A stretch of DNA of 64,000 nt from a virus. The notes under the pieces are model-generated. The model had not been told where the DNA came from, did no database searches, and was given only the letters and a program-made list of their open reading frames with translations. The stretch's first letter is position 1. Every line of letters begins with the position of its first letter. Shown one piece after another: positions 41,289 through 51,493 of the stretch. Where the stretch lies: positions 1 through 64,000 of IMG/VR virus record IMGVR_UViG_3300023106_000002; one strand, 5' to 3'. A program made the translations under genes and the position numbers.

Positions 41289-44200
41289 ATGAGTTGTATA
41301 GGAGATAAAATAACAGAAGACTTAATAGGTAATGTAACTCATCCAAAGAAAGGGAACTTTACTATAAAAAAAGACAGTATCTTTATACCTGATACCGTCT
41401 TATCAGAAAATGGCAGCACTTATGGTGTTGTCAAATATGTTGAGCAACAACTTAATAAAAGATATGCAGAACTTTATGGTACTCTTGCTAATGACAACTT
41501 AGGTCAATTGACTTCATTAGTACCTTTTAATGATGGAATCAGAATTGATGTTGTTCCTTCTAAATCTGTAGAGAAAGCTATAGAGTACAAACAAGGTGAA
41601 GCCACAAGAGAAGAACTTAAAGAGATGATTGCTCAGGAATTGGCTGAAAATGAACAGAGTGATTTTGAAGTAAGAGATCAAGAAGGAAATCAATTCTTCG
41701 ATCAAGAAGGAAATGTATATGCTACATTAGATGATGCTATTGCTGCATTTGAAAGAGAAGATCAATCTTATGATAGCTTCTTTCCATTAGCAGCACAAAC
41801 TGTTATTCAACCTAACTACGAAGACTATATTATTCGTAAGCAAGAGTTGATTAAAAGAATGGATAAACAAGTTGAGAAGTTATATAATGAAAAAAGGAAT
41901 CTTAATACTCATGGTATCAATAAAAGGATTTCACGGTTTACTAAGATTAAGGAACAGCTTGAATTAGACGTAGCAAGATTTACATCAAACAATGATAAGC
42001 ATTCACTTATTCAAGAATTCTTTAATAAAGACTTTGATTTAATCAACAGCTTACTGGAAGAACCTAGCTTAGATAATCTTTTCTTAGCTAAAGACTTATT
42101 CAAATATATCAAAAATACAGCAGATATACGATTAGCTAATATAGAGAATAAGTTATTTACACCTAAGGCTAATACAACTTATAGTCCTGAAGTATTAGCA
42201 CTGATTGCAAGTGTACATGAAAGAGTAAATCTTCAAGAACGTGATATAGAAGAAGCAGTTGATAAAGTGTTCATGACACTTCTTGAGAAAAATCAACAAA
42301 AACTTGAATCTTTATATCCTGATAAGAATCTTGAAGAAATTAAAGAAGAGTTATTGAAAAATCTTCAGGATATTACTTGGATTGAATCAATGTTTTTCGG
42401 ACAAGGAGAAAATGTAACTTCTTCCAATAACATCATAGAGAACTTGATAAGAGTTGAATATGAAAAGGAAGTAGTTAAACAAGAAGGTAAAGCACAAACA
42501 ATTATTGCTGACATCAATGCTTCTCTTCCAGCAGTTGAAAAACATCTTGCATTATTAGGGAAGAAGATTAAATCTACTTTAGGAGGAATTGTATATAGTG
42601 GATATGATTATCGTTTTCTATATCAAGTAGATAAGAAAGGTGATTATAAGTCATCGCTTATTGGTAAGTACTCCTTGCAATGGGAGAACTTCATATACAA
42701 CTTAAACAAAAATCATAACAATAATATTTATCTTGCAAGACAAATGAAAGACTGGGCAGAAGTTGAAAAACTTTTGATTGGTAAGTTCAATGACTTGAAT
42801 GATAAATCAAATTTTGTAAACTTTACATTGCTTCACGATATATTTAATGATCCAATCTATGATGAATTTAAGAAAGGTACTGATGTAGAAGCTAAAGCAT
42901 ATAAAGATAGTCTGATTCGTAACATTGGTTTTGATGAATATCAGAATGTTATTGAGGAACAACGTAATCTTTTAGATAACTATCTTGAAGAAGTAGATTT
43001 GATTACAGAACAGAAGCTATTAAGTGAAGGTGTTGCAGATGTAAATGATTTAAGTGATGCAGCAAGACAGAACCTTAATTTGAGCATTGCAAGGTTGAAT
43101 CCCGCCACATTTCTAGAATCATTTCTTGCTGGTAGAAAAGGAATGATTGAATACACTATAGGAACTCAATCAAATGAGAAACCATCTTATTTGAAATACA
43201 ATACTGTAGTACCTGCGAGAAAGTCTTTAACAGGTAAAGATACAGGATTCTATGATGCAAACTTCGATATGATTGAAGATAGTCCTGCTTTATATGCATT
43301 GTGGGCAGCTATTAAAGATGGTACTAAACTTATCAATGAGAATTTAATTGATTCTAATATAAGTGTAAAGAAAAATTCATTACTCTTATGGAAGAAACAA
43401 TTTGCTGAAGAGAGTGTTAACAAGGATGCTAAGTCTGTTATAAAACAAGGTTTAGGAAATATGTTGAATTTAAAACAGTTTATTAAAGATATAGGAAGTG
43501 CTAAGTTACCTGATTATACTGCTAAAGATACTGTAGTATTACCAGCAGAAGTCAAATCTTTCAATGCAGCAGTTCATAATGACTTTGAAATAAATAAAAC
43601 AGAACTTGCTAATATCTTAGGTACTCGTATAACTGATGAAACTAAAGTTGCATATAAAACTCTCTCGTTAGACCAGCAAAAGAAGATTTATGAATTATTC
43701 GGATTTACAAATTCTCCTGATTTTGAAAGAGCATCAGGTGGATTATTTAAAGTAGAAGCACTTAAGCGTTTTTCAGAGAAGAAGATCATGGATCAGCAAA
43801 CTTTGAATACTCCTTTAATGATTAAAGCATTACTTGAATTCTCAGCAGAACATAGAGCAAAGACTAATTCTCTAAACGAAGTAAATATTTACAGAGAAAA
43901 GAGTAATAATATACGCAATCAAGAAAATACTTTATTCAGTAAGGAAGGTACTACAAGAAAGAGTGAAGTAGAAAGAAGTGATTTCTTCTATAAAACAGTA
44001 CTACTTAATCAAAGAGAGAAAGACCATTCAGGAAACATTACTAAAATATTGACAAAGTGGGCAGATAAGAATGAATGGAACTTTGTTGGTAGACATTTCT
44101 ACAAGAACTTTAAGAAAGATGAAAAAGTAATATATGATTCCGCTACTAAGCGATTAGCTAAAATAGAAGAAGAACTTGCTGACCCTGCTATCAATGATAA

Positions 44201-46100
44201 AGTTGCAGCAGCACTTCTCAAAGAACAAGAAGATTTAAATGCTCGTATTAGGTTGCTTGGTAAAGACTACTTAGCAAGTGCTGTATTTGATAATGTAGTT
44301 AATAAGTTAAGTGTACAAGTTGGATTAGGATTTAATATCTTAGCTAACATTAAGAACAGAATGCAAGGACTTACTTCTCTTATTACAAGAGATGGTGAGT
44401 TTTGGCAACGAGGAAATATATATCCTGTTAATCACTTTATAGGACTCAATAAAACTCGATTCGTCAATCCTTCATATAAAGAAGAATGGGACAAAGCTAA
44501 CTTGTTTATCAGACAGCTTAATCTTATACAAGATGGTACTAATGAAATACAACGTGCTGAAAATAAAATAAAATCGAAAGTGAGGTTTTTAAATCCTATG
44601 TATGGTACAGAAGTTGTGGAATGGTATAATCAATCTTCAGGTATTTTAGCTATGGCTATGGATGTTGAAGTGACAGGTACGAATAGTAGAGTACCTTTAT
44701 TTGATGGTTCTACTTTTCCAGCATTTGATATTGTAGATGGTACACTTAGATTAAAAGATGAATTCAGAAATCCTGAAAACATCGCTCATTTTGAAGATGT
44801 AAGTTCAGAGGAAATGATTAATTGGAAAGCTAAAGTGGAAGATATGACACGTAGCTTAAATGGAGATTACTCTAAGACAGGAGTTACACGTATTAAAGGA
44901 AGTATCTTCACTACTCCAATTATGATGTTTAAAACATGGATTCCTAAATACATATCATCAAGATATAGAATAGAACAGAAAAATATATTGACAGGAGAAA
45001 CAGAAACTGGTTACTTAGTTTCTACTTTCTTAAATAAGAAAACGTCTTTCTCAGGAGGAATGATGCTAGCAGTAACAGGACTACTTGGTATTCTAAGTAG
45101 TTCTCCTGCTATTATTGCATTGCCTATTTTTACAGGAGTTGCTGCTATGGGATTAGCAAGACATCATTTATCTAAGAAAGCAAGAGTAAATCAGTCAGCA
45201 CCTTTTGTAGATGATACAGAACCTATTGCTATATTACAACAAGCAATGTATGTGTTGAAATCTTTAACACCTTGGCAATTGGCAGAGATGCCTGTTAATT
45301 CAATACTTGGTAAACAGTTTATCAAACCTGTTGAATTCAAAGGTGATTTAACTCCAAAAGAACAAAGTGATGTAAGACTGATGATGCGTAATATGCAGAA
45401 TGCAGCATTACTTATGTTGACTAAACTTGCAATTCAAGCCTTTCTTAGATTCAATGATGAAGATGAACCTAAAGGTAAAGCAGGAAGTGAACAACGTAAA
45501 CGTTATGAAAAACAGCAAGAAGAAAAAGAAAAATGGCAAGCAGAACATAACTTTCTTGAAAATTTAGTTACAGGACTTTATCAAGAAACTTCACTTGCTG
45601 TAGAACCTACTTCATTACTCACTACTATGGGAAGTAAGAATGGATTACAAGGTCCAATAGATAAGATTATCAAAGCAAGTACTGCACTAGCAAACTACAA
45701 CAAAGATGAAATACAAAAAGGAGCGAGAGCGGGGCAGTCTAAGACTGGTAATGCATTTCGTAAATGGTTGTTACCATCATTGTTTAGAGATTTAGGACAT
45801 GATACATGGAGAGCAGGATTTGAATCATCTATGGAGAAAGAATGGGTTAACAATGAAGGAATTGATGGAGTATTCGATTCTCAATATAAAATTGATAAGA
45901 AAGAAGCTACTGGTAAACGTTCATTAGAGAAGTTACATTATCTTCAGGAATATGAAGAAAAGAACAATGTAAACATGGAAGACTTATCTACAAGTAAGCA
46001 AGATAAGATCGAGAAGAAAGCTAATAGAACAGCTAAGAAAGCAAGTCCTAATCCTGATCGAAAAGATTATGATGAAGAGCAAGAACTTAAAGATGAGTAA
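41289..46100 (+). CDS. Large internal virion/ejection protein
   Basis: 1603 aa mostly helical; LNGDY...MMFKTWIP motif; hydrophobic hairpin near 45055-45160; follows vRNAP. Confidence 0.68.
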   Translation: MSCIGDKITEDLIGNVTHPKKGNFTIKKDSIFIPDTVLSENGSTYGVVKYVEQQLNKRYAELYGTLANDNLGQLTSLVPFNDGIRIDVVPSKSVEKAIEYKQGEATREELKEMIAQELAENEQSDFEVRDQEGNQFFDQEGNVYATLDDAIAAFEREDQSYDSFFPLAAQTVIQPNYEDYIIRKQELIKRMDKQVEKLYNEKRNLNTHGINKRISRFTKIKEQLELDVARFTSNNDKHSLIQEFFNKDFDLINSLLEEPSLDNLFLAKDLFKYIKNTADIRLANIENKLFTPKANTTYSPEVLALIASVHERVNLQERDIEEAVDKVFMTLLEKNQQKLESLYPDKNLEEIKEELLKNLQDITWIESMFFGQGENVTSSNNIIENLIRVEYEKEVVKQEGKAQTIIADINASLPAVEKHLALLGKKIKSTLGGIVYSGYDYRFLYQVDKKGDYKSSLIGKYSLQWENFIYNLNKNHNNNIYLARQMKDWAEVEKLLIGKFNDLNDKSNFVNFTLLHDIFNDPIYDEFKKGTDVEAKAYKDSLIRNIGFDEYQNVIEEQRNLLDNYLEEVDLITEQKLLSEGVADVNDLSDAARQNLNLSIARLNPATFLESFLAGRKGMIEYTIGTQSNEKPSYLKYNTVVPARKSLTGKDTGFYDANFDMIEDSPALYALWAAIKDGTKLINENLIDSNISVKKNSLLLWKKQFAEESVNKDAKSVIKQGLGNMLNLKQFIKDIGSAKLPDYTAKDTVVLPAEVKSFNAAVHNDFEINKTELANILGTRITDETKVAYKTLSLDQQKKIYELFGFTNSPDFERASGGLFKVEALKRFSEKKIMDQQTLNTPLMIKALLEFSAEHRAKTNSLNEVNIYREKSNNIRNQENTLFSKEGTTRKSEVERSDFFYKTVLLNQREKDHSGNITKILTKWADKNEWNFVGRHFYKNFKKDEKVIYDSATKRLAKIEEELADPAINDKVAAALLKEQEDLNARIRLLGKDYLASAVFDNVVNKLSVQVGLGFNILANIKNRMQGLTSLITRDGEFWQRGNIYPVNHFIGLNKTRFVNPSYKEEWDKANLFIRQLNLIQDGTNEIQRAENKIKSKVRFLNPMYGTEVVEWYNQSSGILAMAMDVEVTGTNSRVPLFDGSTFPAFDIVDGTLRLKDEFRNPENIAHFEDVSSEEMINWKAKVEDMTRSLNGDYSKTGVTRIKGSIFTTPIMMFKTWIPKYISSRYRIEQKNILTGETETGYLVSTFLNKKTSFSGGMMLAVTGLLGILSSSPAIIALPIFTGVAAMGLARHHLSKKARVNQSAPFVDDTEPIAILQQAMYVLKSLTPWQLAEMPVNSILGKQFIKPVEFKGDLTPKEQSDVRLMMRNMQNAALLMLTKLAIQAFLRFNDEDEPKGKAGSEQRKRYEKQQEEKEKWQAEHNFLENLVTGLYQETSLAVEPTSLLTTMGSKNGLQGPIDKIIKASTALANYNKDEIQKGARAGQSKTGNAFRKWLLPSLFRDLGHDTWRAGFESSMEKEWVNNEGIDGVFDSQYKIDKKEATGKRSLEKLHYLQEYEEKNNVNMEDLSTSKQDKIEKKANRTAKKASPNPDRKDYDEEQELKDE

Positions 46101-46146
46101 AAAAGTAAAGCCAGGAATTTTGATTAGTCCCTGGCTTTAATTTTAT
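46101..46146. terminator. Bidirectional terminator between convergent modules
   Basis: TAAAGCCAGG (46106-46115) / CCTGGCTTTA (46130-46139), with an A-run on the left and a T-rich run on the right. Confidence 0.75.
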
Positions 46147-46470
46147 TTATCTGCTGTACTTCTCAAGTATAGCTTTCAAGTTCTCAATTGATATACATTC
46201 TACTTCATCTCCTTCAGTAGTTTCAAGCCATTCAGTATTTGCTGCAATCTCTTGACGCATAAGGAAAGTTCTATAAGGTGCAATCAATTTTGCAACGTCA
46301 TCTACAACTTTTGTATCAGACATTTCTCTTTCAAGATTAGTCATTTCATCGAGTATCTTACTATCATTTTCTGAAAAATAATGATTTGTTGCTTCACAAT
46401 CATCTATAGAACATCTTCCACAACAGTCAAAGATTTTCCATAAGTTCTTGGCTACATCTTTAAATAACAT
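46147..46470 (-). CDS. Hypothetical protein
   Basis: 107-aa ORF, TAATG overlap with upstream gene. Confidence 0.6.
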   Translation of the reverse strand: MLFKDVAKNLWKIFDCCGRCSIDDCEATNHYFSENDSKILDEMTNLEREMSDTKVVDDVAKLIAPYRTFLMRQEIAANTEWLETTEGDEVECISIENLKAILEKYSR

Positions 46471-46949
46471 TATATCTCTTTAAATTTAAACTTTTCAAGC
46501 ATCTCTTCATCGGTAGCAATTACTCCTTTTACATTACGAAGATATTGAAAAGCATGTTGTTTGTTATTGAACTTAATTGGTTCTCCATCATCTCCTCGAA
46601 GAATTTGAATACCACCATCAGCAGGTCTTCCTACAATGATTTTAACAGCTTGTGCAAGTTCCCAAAGACCTTCCATTTTAGCAAGTTGTTTACTAATACC
46701 GTATTCAAGCGCATCATCATGTGTAGGAAATTCAATACTCTTGTTGTTATTGTCTGACATCATTCCAATACCAATACAGTAACACCAATAGATATTGATT
46801 CGTTTCATGAAAGTACATTCAACTGGATACTCAACTTCCCTTAACCAATATTGAATATCGGTTAAAGTAGATCCTTGTTGTCCATCAAAACCTAACTTAA
46901 TAGCTAGATTTACCATAGCTTCGCTAGCTATCTTCTGTCTTTGTACCAT
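46470..46949 (-). CDS. Hypothetical protein
   Basis: 159-aa ORF with LAIKLGF...IQYWLRE motif seen in Bacteroidota phage proteins. Confidence 0.6.
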   Translation of the reverse strand: MVQRQKIASEAMVNLAIKLGFDGQQGSTLTDIQYWLREVEYPVECTFMKRINIYWCYCIGIGMMSDNNNKSIEFPTHDDALEYGISKQLAKMEGLWELAQAVKIIVGRPADGGIQILRGDDGEPIKFNNKQHAFQYLRNVKGVIATDEEMLEKFKFKEI

Positions 46950-46950
46950 A

Positions 46951-47244
46951 TTACAGACCTTTATTATTGCGTTCTTCTAGTCTCACAAGTCTGTCAATTT
47001 CAGCAGCAATTAATCCGCCTGCTGTAGCAAGTTCATCAATTCTATCATCATATTCTGAAGCTTCTGATTCAAGATATTCCCATGCTTCTACTTCATGTTT
47101 CATTTGTTGAGGCATAGCATAAACTGCTGCTCTTGTAGCCAACATTTCATCTGTTTGTTTATCATCTATTTCATTACTATGACCATGTTTAGTAACTTGT
47201 TCGATTCTTTTTTGAGCAATTAACTCACTTCCTGATTGTCTCAT
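46951..47244 (-). CDS. Conserved phage hypothetical protein
   Basis: ELIAQKRIEQ..KHG....DD and AGGLIAAEIDRL pattern common in phage small proteins. Confidence 0.6.
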   Translation of the reverse strand: MRQSGSELIAQKRIEQVTKHGHSNEIDDKQTDEMLATRAAVYAMPQQMKHEVEAWEYLESEASEYDDRIDELATAGGLIAAEIDRLVRLEERNNKGL

Positions 47245-47618
47245 TTTAAATTGTGTTTTAAGTTGAACTTCTTTAAGGCTTCTATAACGATATTCAAATC
47301 TATTGATTGTTTGACAAGAACTCGTTTTTTGCCAACTTGTCTTCGTGCCACATAACTTTTACCATTACCATGTTTACTTATGTGTTTAGGTAATCTTTCA
47401 GCAGGTAATTCAATTTCTAAAAGATTGATTATTTTGTCAACAATTGCTTTATCTTTAACAAGAGTATTGTAACACATGTCATCAAGTTTAGATACTATGT
47501 GAAATACTTTTCTTATAAAAATAGTATCTTCTTCATTCAATATATCAAGTTCCTCTTCAGATAAATTATTCATTAAGGAGTTGTATATTTCTTCTTCCAT
47601 ATCTAGAAACTTAACCAA
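47241..47618 (-). CDS. Hypothetical protein (basic C-terminus, possibly DNA-binding)
   Basis: 125 aa; LPKHISKHGNGKSYVARRQV. Confidence 0.5.
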   Translation of the reverse strand: MVKFLDMEEEIYNSLMNNLSEEELDILNEEDTIFIRKVFHIVSKLDDMCYNTLVKDKAIVDKIINLLEIELPAERLPKHISKHGNGKSYVARRQVGKKRVLVKQSIDLNIVIEALKKFNLKHNLK

Positions 47619-48394
47619 TTAGGGGAATACATAATTCCCACTCCTATGAAACCTTGTATCACAGTAAAGTTACCTGTTCCTACACCTAATGCTCCAACAG
47701 GACCAATATGTATGTGTTTAGTAGGAGGAAGTTTTGTTTTCCATACACGAAGTTCTGTTACTTCATTGTAAGGATTGCCAAGTTTTACATCACTATAAGG
47801 TTTACCTTTACCAAGTCCTAGAAAACCAGTAGGTTCAATACCAATAACAATATCAAGTTCTTCTTTAAATTTAAAAGATATACCTGTACTATCTTTATTC
47901 ATTTGAACCTTTCCTTTTACCCAACTGATAGTATCAGTCTTTCTAAATTCTTTGAAATCAAATGGAGTTATATAGGTAGGATTACATGGTTCATCTTTGT
48001 TGACAACTACTTCACCTGTAGTAAGAGTAGTATCAACAGATGCTTCTGTACTGATTACAGCAGCGATACCTTCGTTCTTGAGAGACTTCTTATTCTTTTT
48101 TACAAGTTCTTGAAGTCGTTTAATATCTTTCTTATCAGTTTCTAATGCAAGTAATTGATCTGCATTTTCAGTTTCCAAAGTAGTGATTCGACCATGATTT
48201 TTACCATCCTTATCTTTATAGTTAAGTAATGTATCATTAACTGCTTTATACAATGTGTCAGCCATAGCAGCATCTCTGTTAGCTTCACAAGTTCTGACAC
48301 TTAGCAGAATGATAATAATCAATGCTACGATTCCACCTATGTAAAAACGCTGTTTCCATTTAAAACTATACTGGTTAATTTCGCTTTCAGTCAT
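47603..48394 (-). CDS. Membrane-anchored coiled-coil protein, spanin-like candidate
   Basis: N-terminal TM segment, coiled coil, C-terminal Gly-rich amphipathic beta hairpin ending in Phe. Confidence 0.5.
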   Translation of the reverse strand: MTESEINQYSFKWKQRFYIGGIVALIIIILLSVRTCEANRDAAMADTLYKAVNDTLLNYKDKDGKNHGRITTLETENADQLLALETDKKDIKRLQELVKKNKKSLKNEGIAAVISTEASVDTTLTTGEVVVNKDEPCNPTYITPFDFKEFRKTDTISWVKGKVQMNKDSTGISFKFKEELDIVIGIEPTGFLGLGKGKPYSDVKLGNPYNEVTELRVWKTKLPPTKHIHIGPVGALGVGTGNFTVIQGFIGVGIMYSPNWLSF

Positions 48395-48418
48395 TCTTTG
48401 CTGGTATTAGATAACCTA

Positions 48419-48742
48419 TCAAAGGTTACAGATTAATAATAGTTCATATTCTTGTTGAGTAAAGCATTCATCAGGTCTTAAAGGACGCTCAAATCTTTGA
48501 TGAGGATTTTCTCCATACTTCAACATTAACAAATCTTGTGTGGTTATCCACATACTTACATTATTAATTTTCATCATTACTACATCATGAGAATTCGTTT
48601 CAGTATTGTAAGGTATATTTATCTGATGGATAATAGCCATCATAAAAAACAATTTCTTTTCTCTGAGTTCAAGTAAATGATTTGACTCATTCATGTTTGC
48701 ATGCCATAAACCTTCTTTGTAAACTAGACCTCTTGCTTTCAT
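48419..48742 (-). CDS. Hypothetical protein
   Basis: 107-aa ORF, ATGA overlap with upstream gene. Confidence 0.55.
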   Translation of the reverse strand: MKARGLVYKEGLWHANMNESNHLLELREKKLFFMMAIIHQINIPYNTETNSHDVVMMKINNVSMWITTQDLLMLKYGENPHQRFERPLRPDECFTQQEYELLLICNL

Positions 48743-49401
48743 AATTTACAACACATTAAAAGTTCATTTTCATCAAAATCATCATCTCCAAGATAGTAAA
48801 GTTCTTCTTTATTTGAAGTAGGTCTGAAATCACGTATTCTTAAATTGTGAAAGTTTCCTCCACAATATTCAAGATGTATGAAAGCATCTCTTAAATTAGC
48901 TTGTCTTACAATAATATTACAACCACTTGCTTTATACTCTTCAATTACGCGATGTATTTGTCGCATAAGTTCTTCATCAGTTCTTCTTGTATCGAGAAAA
49001 GTAGCAGCATGATCTGAAAGATAAATACGTTCTCTTGTTTCAAGTGCTAAGTCAACTAAAATTTGTGCTTGTAAACGAGTTCTTCCTGATCTTCTGAAGT
49101 CTCTTCCATAGAAAGCTTTTAACTTCATTGCAAAGTCTTCATCATTTGCAAAATTATAATCATTTTCTTTCATAGGAGTTTGTTTTAAAGGTTCATTAAA
49201 TACAGCATATTCAAAAATACGTTGTGAAACCATTTTGCCTGAATATTCTCCATGTCCTTGAGGTACTTTATATCCTATTCGTTTACCTGTAACAGGATGT
49301 AGAATTTCATCAGCAGTACCCGTTACAGTACGAATTTGAGGTAATGAAGTACCTCTAACTTTAGAAGGTACTCCATTATCATCTATATCTATAAGATACA
49401 T
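48739..49401 (-). CDS. Hypothetical protein
   Basis: 220 aa; degenerate P-loop-like FRRSGRT. Confidence 0.55.
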   Translation of the reverse strand: MYLIDIDDNGVPSKVRGTSLPQIRTVTGTADEILHPVTGKRIGYKVPQGHGEYSGKMVSQRIFEYAVFNEPLKQTPMKENDYNFANDEDFAMKLKAFYGRDFRRSGRTRLQAQILVDLALETRERIYLSDHAATFLDTRRTDEELMRQIHRVIEEYKASGCNIIVRQANLRDAFIHLEYCGGNFHNLRIRDFRPTSNKEELYYLGDDDFDENELLMCCKL

Positions 49402-49976
49402 TATTCCTCAGTTTTTTCGAGTTGTTCTCTCTCAGCATCTAAGTTTCTATTCAATGCTGCATCTTCTGTAAACTTCTGAGGGTATCTCACCATTAACTTT
49501 GTAATGTTATTGGTAAGTATTTGAAAGAAATCTAATTTCCAAATATGACAAATGAAAGCATAAAAAGCTAAGTTCTTTTCAGCAGCTGATTCGTCATATT
49601 CACTTACAAATACACGAGCAATTTCAAGAGTATATATGAGATTTATTTTCTCATTGTTTCTGTCTGTTACATCTTCATTGTACAACCTAATATAAAGGTC
49701 GAGGTCTTCTGCAAAGTAAAGATCATTGATAGGAATGTTTTTCATTCTCAAGTCATTTACTTCATACCATACAGCATCTGCAAGTTCTTCACCTACATTC
49801 ACTAAGTCAAGAGGTTTATTATAAGCAAGCTTCTTTTTAAAAGGATCGAGCATTTCACCCATTTCTGTTTGAATACCTGCCCACATGTGTAAGTCGTTTT
49901 CAACTTTTCCTAAATCAGGACAAGTTCTTGATGCAAGTTGTTGATATTCTGCAAGTGTTTTAATTTTTGGTATCAT
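49401..49976 (-). CDS. MazG-like nucleotide pyrophosphohydrolase
   Basis: YQQLASRT, GIQTEMGEMLD, EELADAVWY, NITKLMVRYP; start reassigned to ATG 49976, 1 nt after the thyA stop. Confidence 0.82.
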   Translation of the reverse strand: MIPKIKTLAEYQQLASRTCPDLGKVENDLHMWAGIQTEMGEMLDPFKKKLAYNKPLDLVNVGEELADAVWYEVNDLRMKNIPINDLYFAEDLDLYIRLYNEDVTDRNNEKINLIYTLEIARVFVSEYDESAAEKNLAFYAFICHIWKLDFFQILTNNITKLMVRYPQKFTEDAALNRNLDAEREQLEKTEE

Positions 49977-49977
49977 A

Positions 49978-51084
49978 TTATTCAGTTGGTGCGAACATGT
50001 CCGCTTTAAGTGGTGGAAATGATTGATAGTTCTCGAAGATAAAATCTTCATGTGTCAATCTTGATATGAATTCATCAAAGGTTTGTCTACCTTCTTTGTA
50101 TTCTTTTAAGTGTTCAAGGTAATGTTCTGAGAAAGATAATTGACATCCTGAAAAAGCATGTGGATTATTACTCAACTGTTCTCTTACAACTTCAATGTGA
50201 GGTTGATAAAAGTGAACATTTGATAAATCTCCTATAATGCTCATAGGTATCATATCAACTATACTACCTATGATATAAGATTGTAATGCATAACTTGCAA
50301 TGTTAAAAGGAAGACCTAAAAAAGTATCAACTGAACGTTGATGCCATTTAAGTGTGAAACCATATAATGGAACATGCACAAGTTCTTCTAACAAAGTAGC
50401 TTTTGCTTCTTCATCTTTGTTTTTACCGAAACCTTCTAACCACAAAGCATTCAAATACTCTTGGTCTTTACCTGAATATTCAATACGTTGTGAATAAGAC
50501 AATGGTCTTGGTAATACTTCAAATGCCCAATGACAAGGAGGCAAAGCTGTTTGATCAAGTTCTGATGGATTCCAAGCAGTTACAATGTGTCTTCTTGAAA
50601 TAGGATTTGATTTGCGAAGGTTGTGAAGAAGTTCTATGATTTGATCAACATTAGAAGGTATATATCCTATTTTAGTACCTTGAATATTAGTCCAATCTCT
50701 CCATTGAACACCATAGTTTCTACCTACATCTCCCCATAGTAAATCATTTTCAAGATCAACTTGAAATCCTTTTTCATCCCCCTTATACATAGGATGCTTT
50801 TTCTTATGATAAGTCAATGCATCTTTGTTCCATATAGTAACTCCTTTTTTAGCTAAAGAAGATGCTTTTGTATCTCCTCGAAGAAACCATAACAATTCTT
50901 CAACAATTCCTTTAGTAAACATCTTCTTTGTAGTAAGTAAAGGAAATTCTGTCAATGGAAGTTCCAAGTTAACAGATGTTAACTGTCTACATGGAACATT
51001 AGGTCTGTTTTCTGTGGTATATTCATACCCTGTATCAAGTATAGCATTAGCTAATGCATGATATTGAACATCTACTTTAGCCAT
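49978..51084 (-). CDS. thyA: Thymidylate synthase
   Basis: FPLLTTKK, EELLWFLRG, YGVQWR, ALPPCH, QRSVDTFLGLPFNIASY. Confidence 0.96.
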   Translation of the reverse strand: MAKVDVQYHALANAILDTGYEYTTENRPNVPCRQLTSVNLELPLTEFPLLTTKKMFTKGIVEELLWFLRGDTKASSLAKKGVTIWNKDALTYHKKKHPMYKGDEKGFQVDLENDLLWGDVGRNYGVQWRDWTNIQGTKIGYIPSNVDQIIELLHNLRKSNPISRRHIVTAWNPSELDQTALPPCHWAFEVLPRPLSYSQRIEYSGKDQEYLNALWLEGFGKNKDEEAKATLLEELVHVPLYGFTLKWHQRSVDTFLGLPFNIASYALQSYIIGSIVDMIPMSIIGDLSNVHFYQPHIEVVREQLSNNPHAFSGCQLSFSEHYLEHLKEYKEGRQTFDEFISRLTHEDFIFENYQSFPPLKADMFAPTE

Positions 51085-51281
51085 TATAAAGAGGTGTTAA
51101 CAGTTGCTTCAATTAATGTCACTCCAAATGGAACATTGTCATCAGGAGTACTCTTAAATTGAACAGCCTTTTGTTTATTGCTTGTTTCAAAAGTCAAACT
51201 AACACCTTCAATAAGTAACTCTTTACTGAGTACTTCAATTTTAGCTAAATGTTCTCTTAGCTGTTGCACTTTTTCTTTCAT
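51084..51281 (-). CDS. Hypothetical protein
   Basis: 65 aa, overlaps both neighbours (TAATG/ATGA). Confidence 0.55.
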   Translation of the reverse strand: MKEKVQQLREHLAKIEVLSKELLIEGVSLTFETSNKQKAVQFKSTPDDNVPFGVTLIEATVNTSL

Positions 51282-51490
51282 GAATTTGATTTTAGTTGTA
51301 AATTATTATCGTCATCATAGTAGTAACATTCACTACAATAATGTTTGTCTCCTTGGATTACAAAATCAGCATCAGATGCAATATCTAGCGCTACTGATTT
51401 ATCACACCATGCTGCATATTCAGTTCCTTGACAACTGTCTTTTTGACAATTATCACAAATAACTGTGTACATTGTTACTTCTTGTATCAT
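51278..51490 (-). CDS. Small zinc-finger protein
   Basis: CDNC...HYCSEC. Confidence 0.6.
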   Translation of the reverse strand: MIQEVTMYTVICDNCQKDSCQGTEYAAWCDKSVALDIASDADFVIQGDKHYCSECYYYDDDNNLQLKSNS

Positions 51491-51493
51491 GTT

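Noticed and set aside
49977-50051. Track start of the MazG-like ORF at 50051
   Set aside because: Overlaps the thyA 3' end by 74 nt with non-homologous sequence; ATG 49976 right after the thyA stop fits better
49978-51084. ThyA as a dCMP/dUMP hydroxymethylase for hypermodified DNA
   Set aside because: Canonical ThyA residues including the Asn in PFNIASY are retained, and no glycosyl- or other base-modifying transferases are visible in this window
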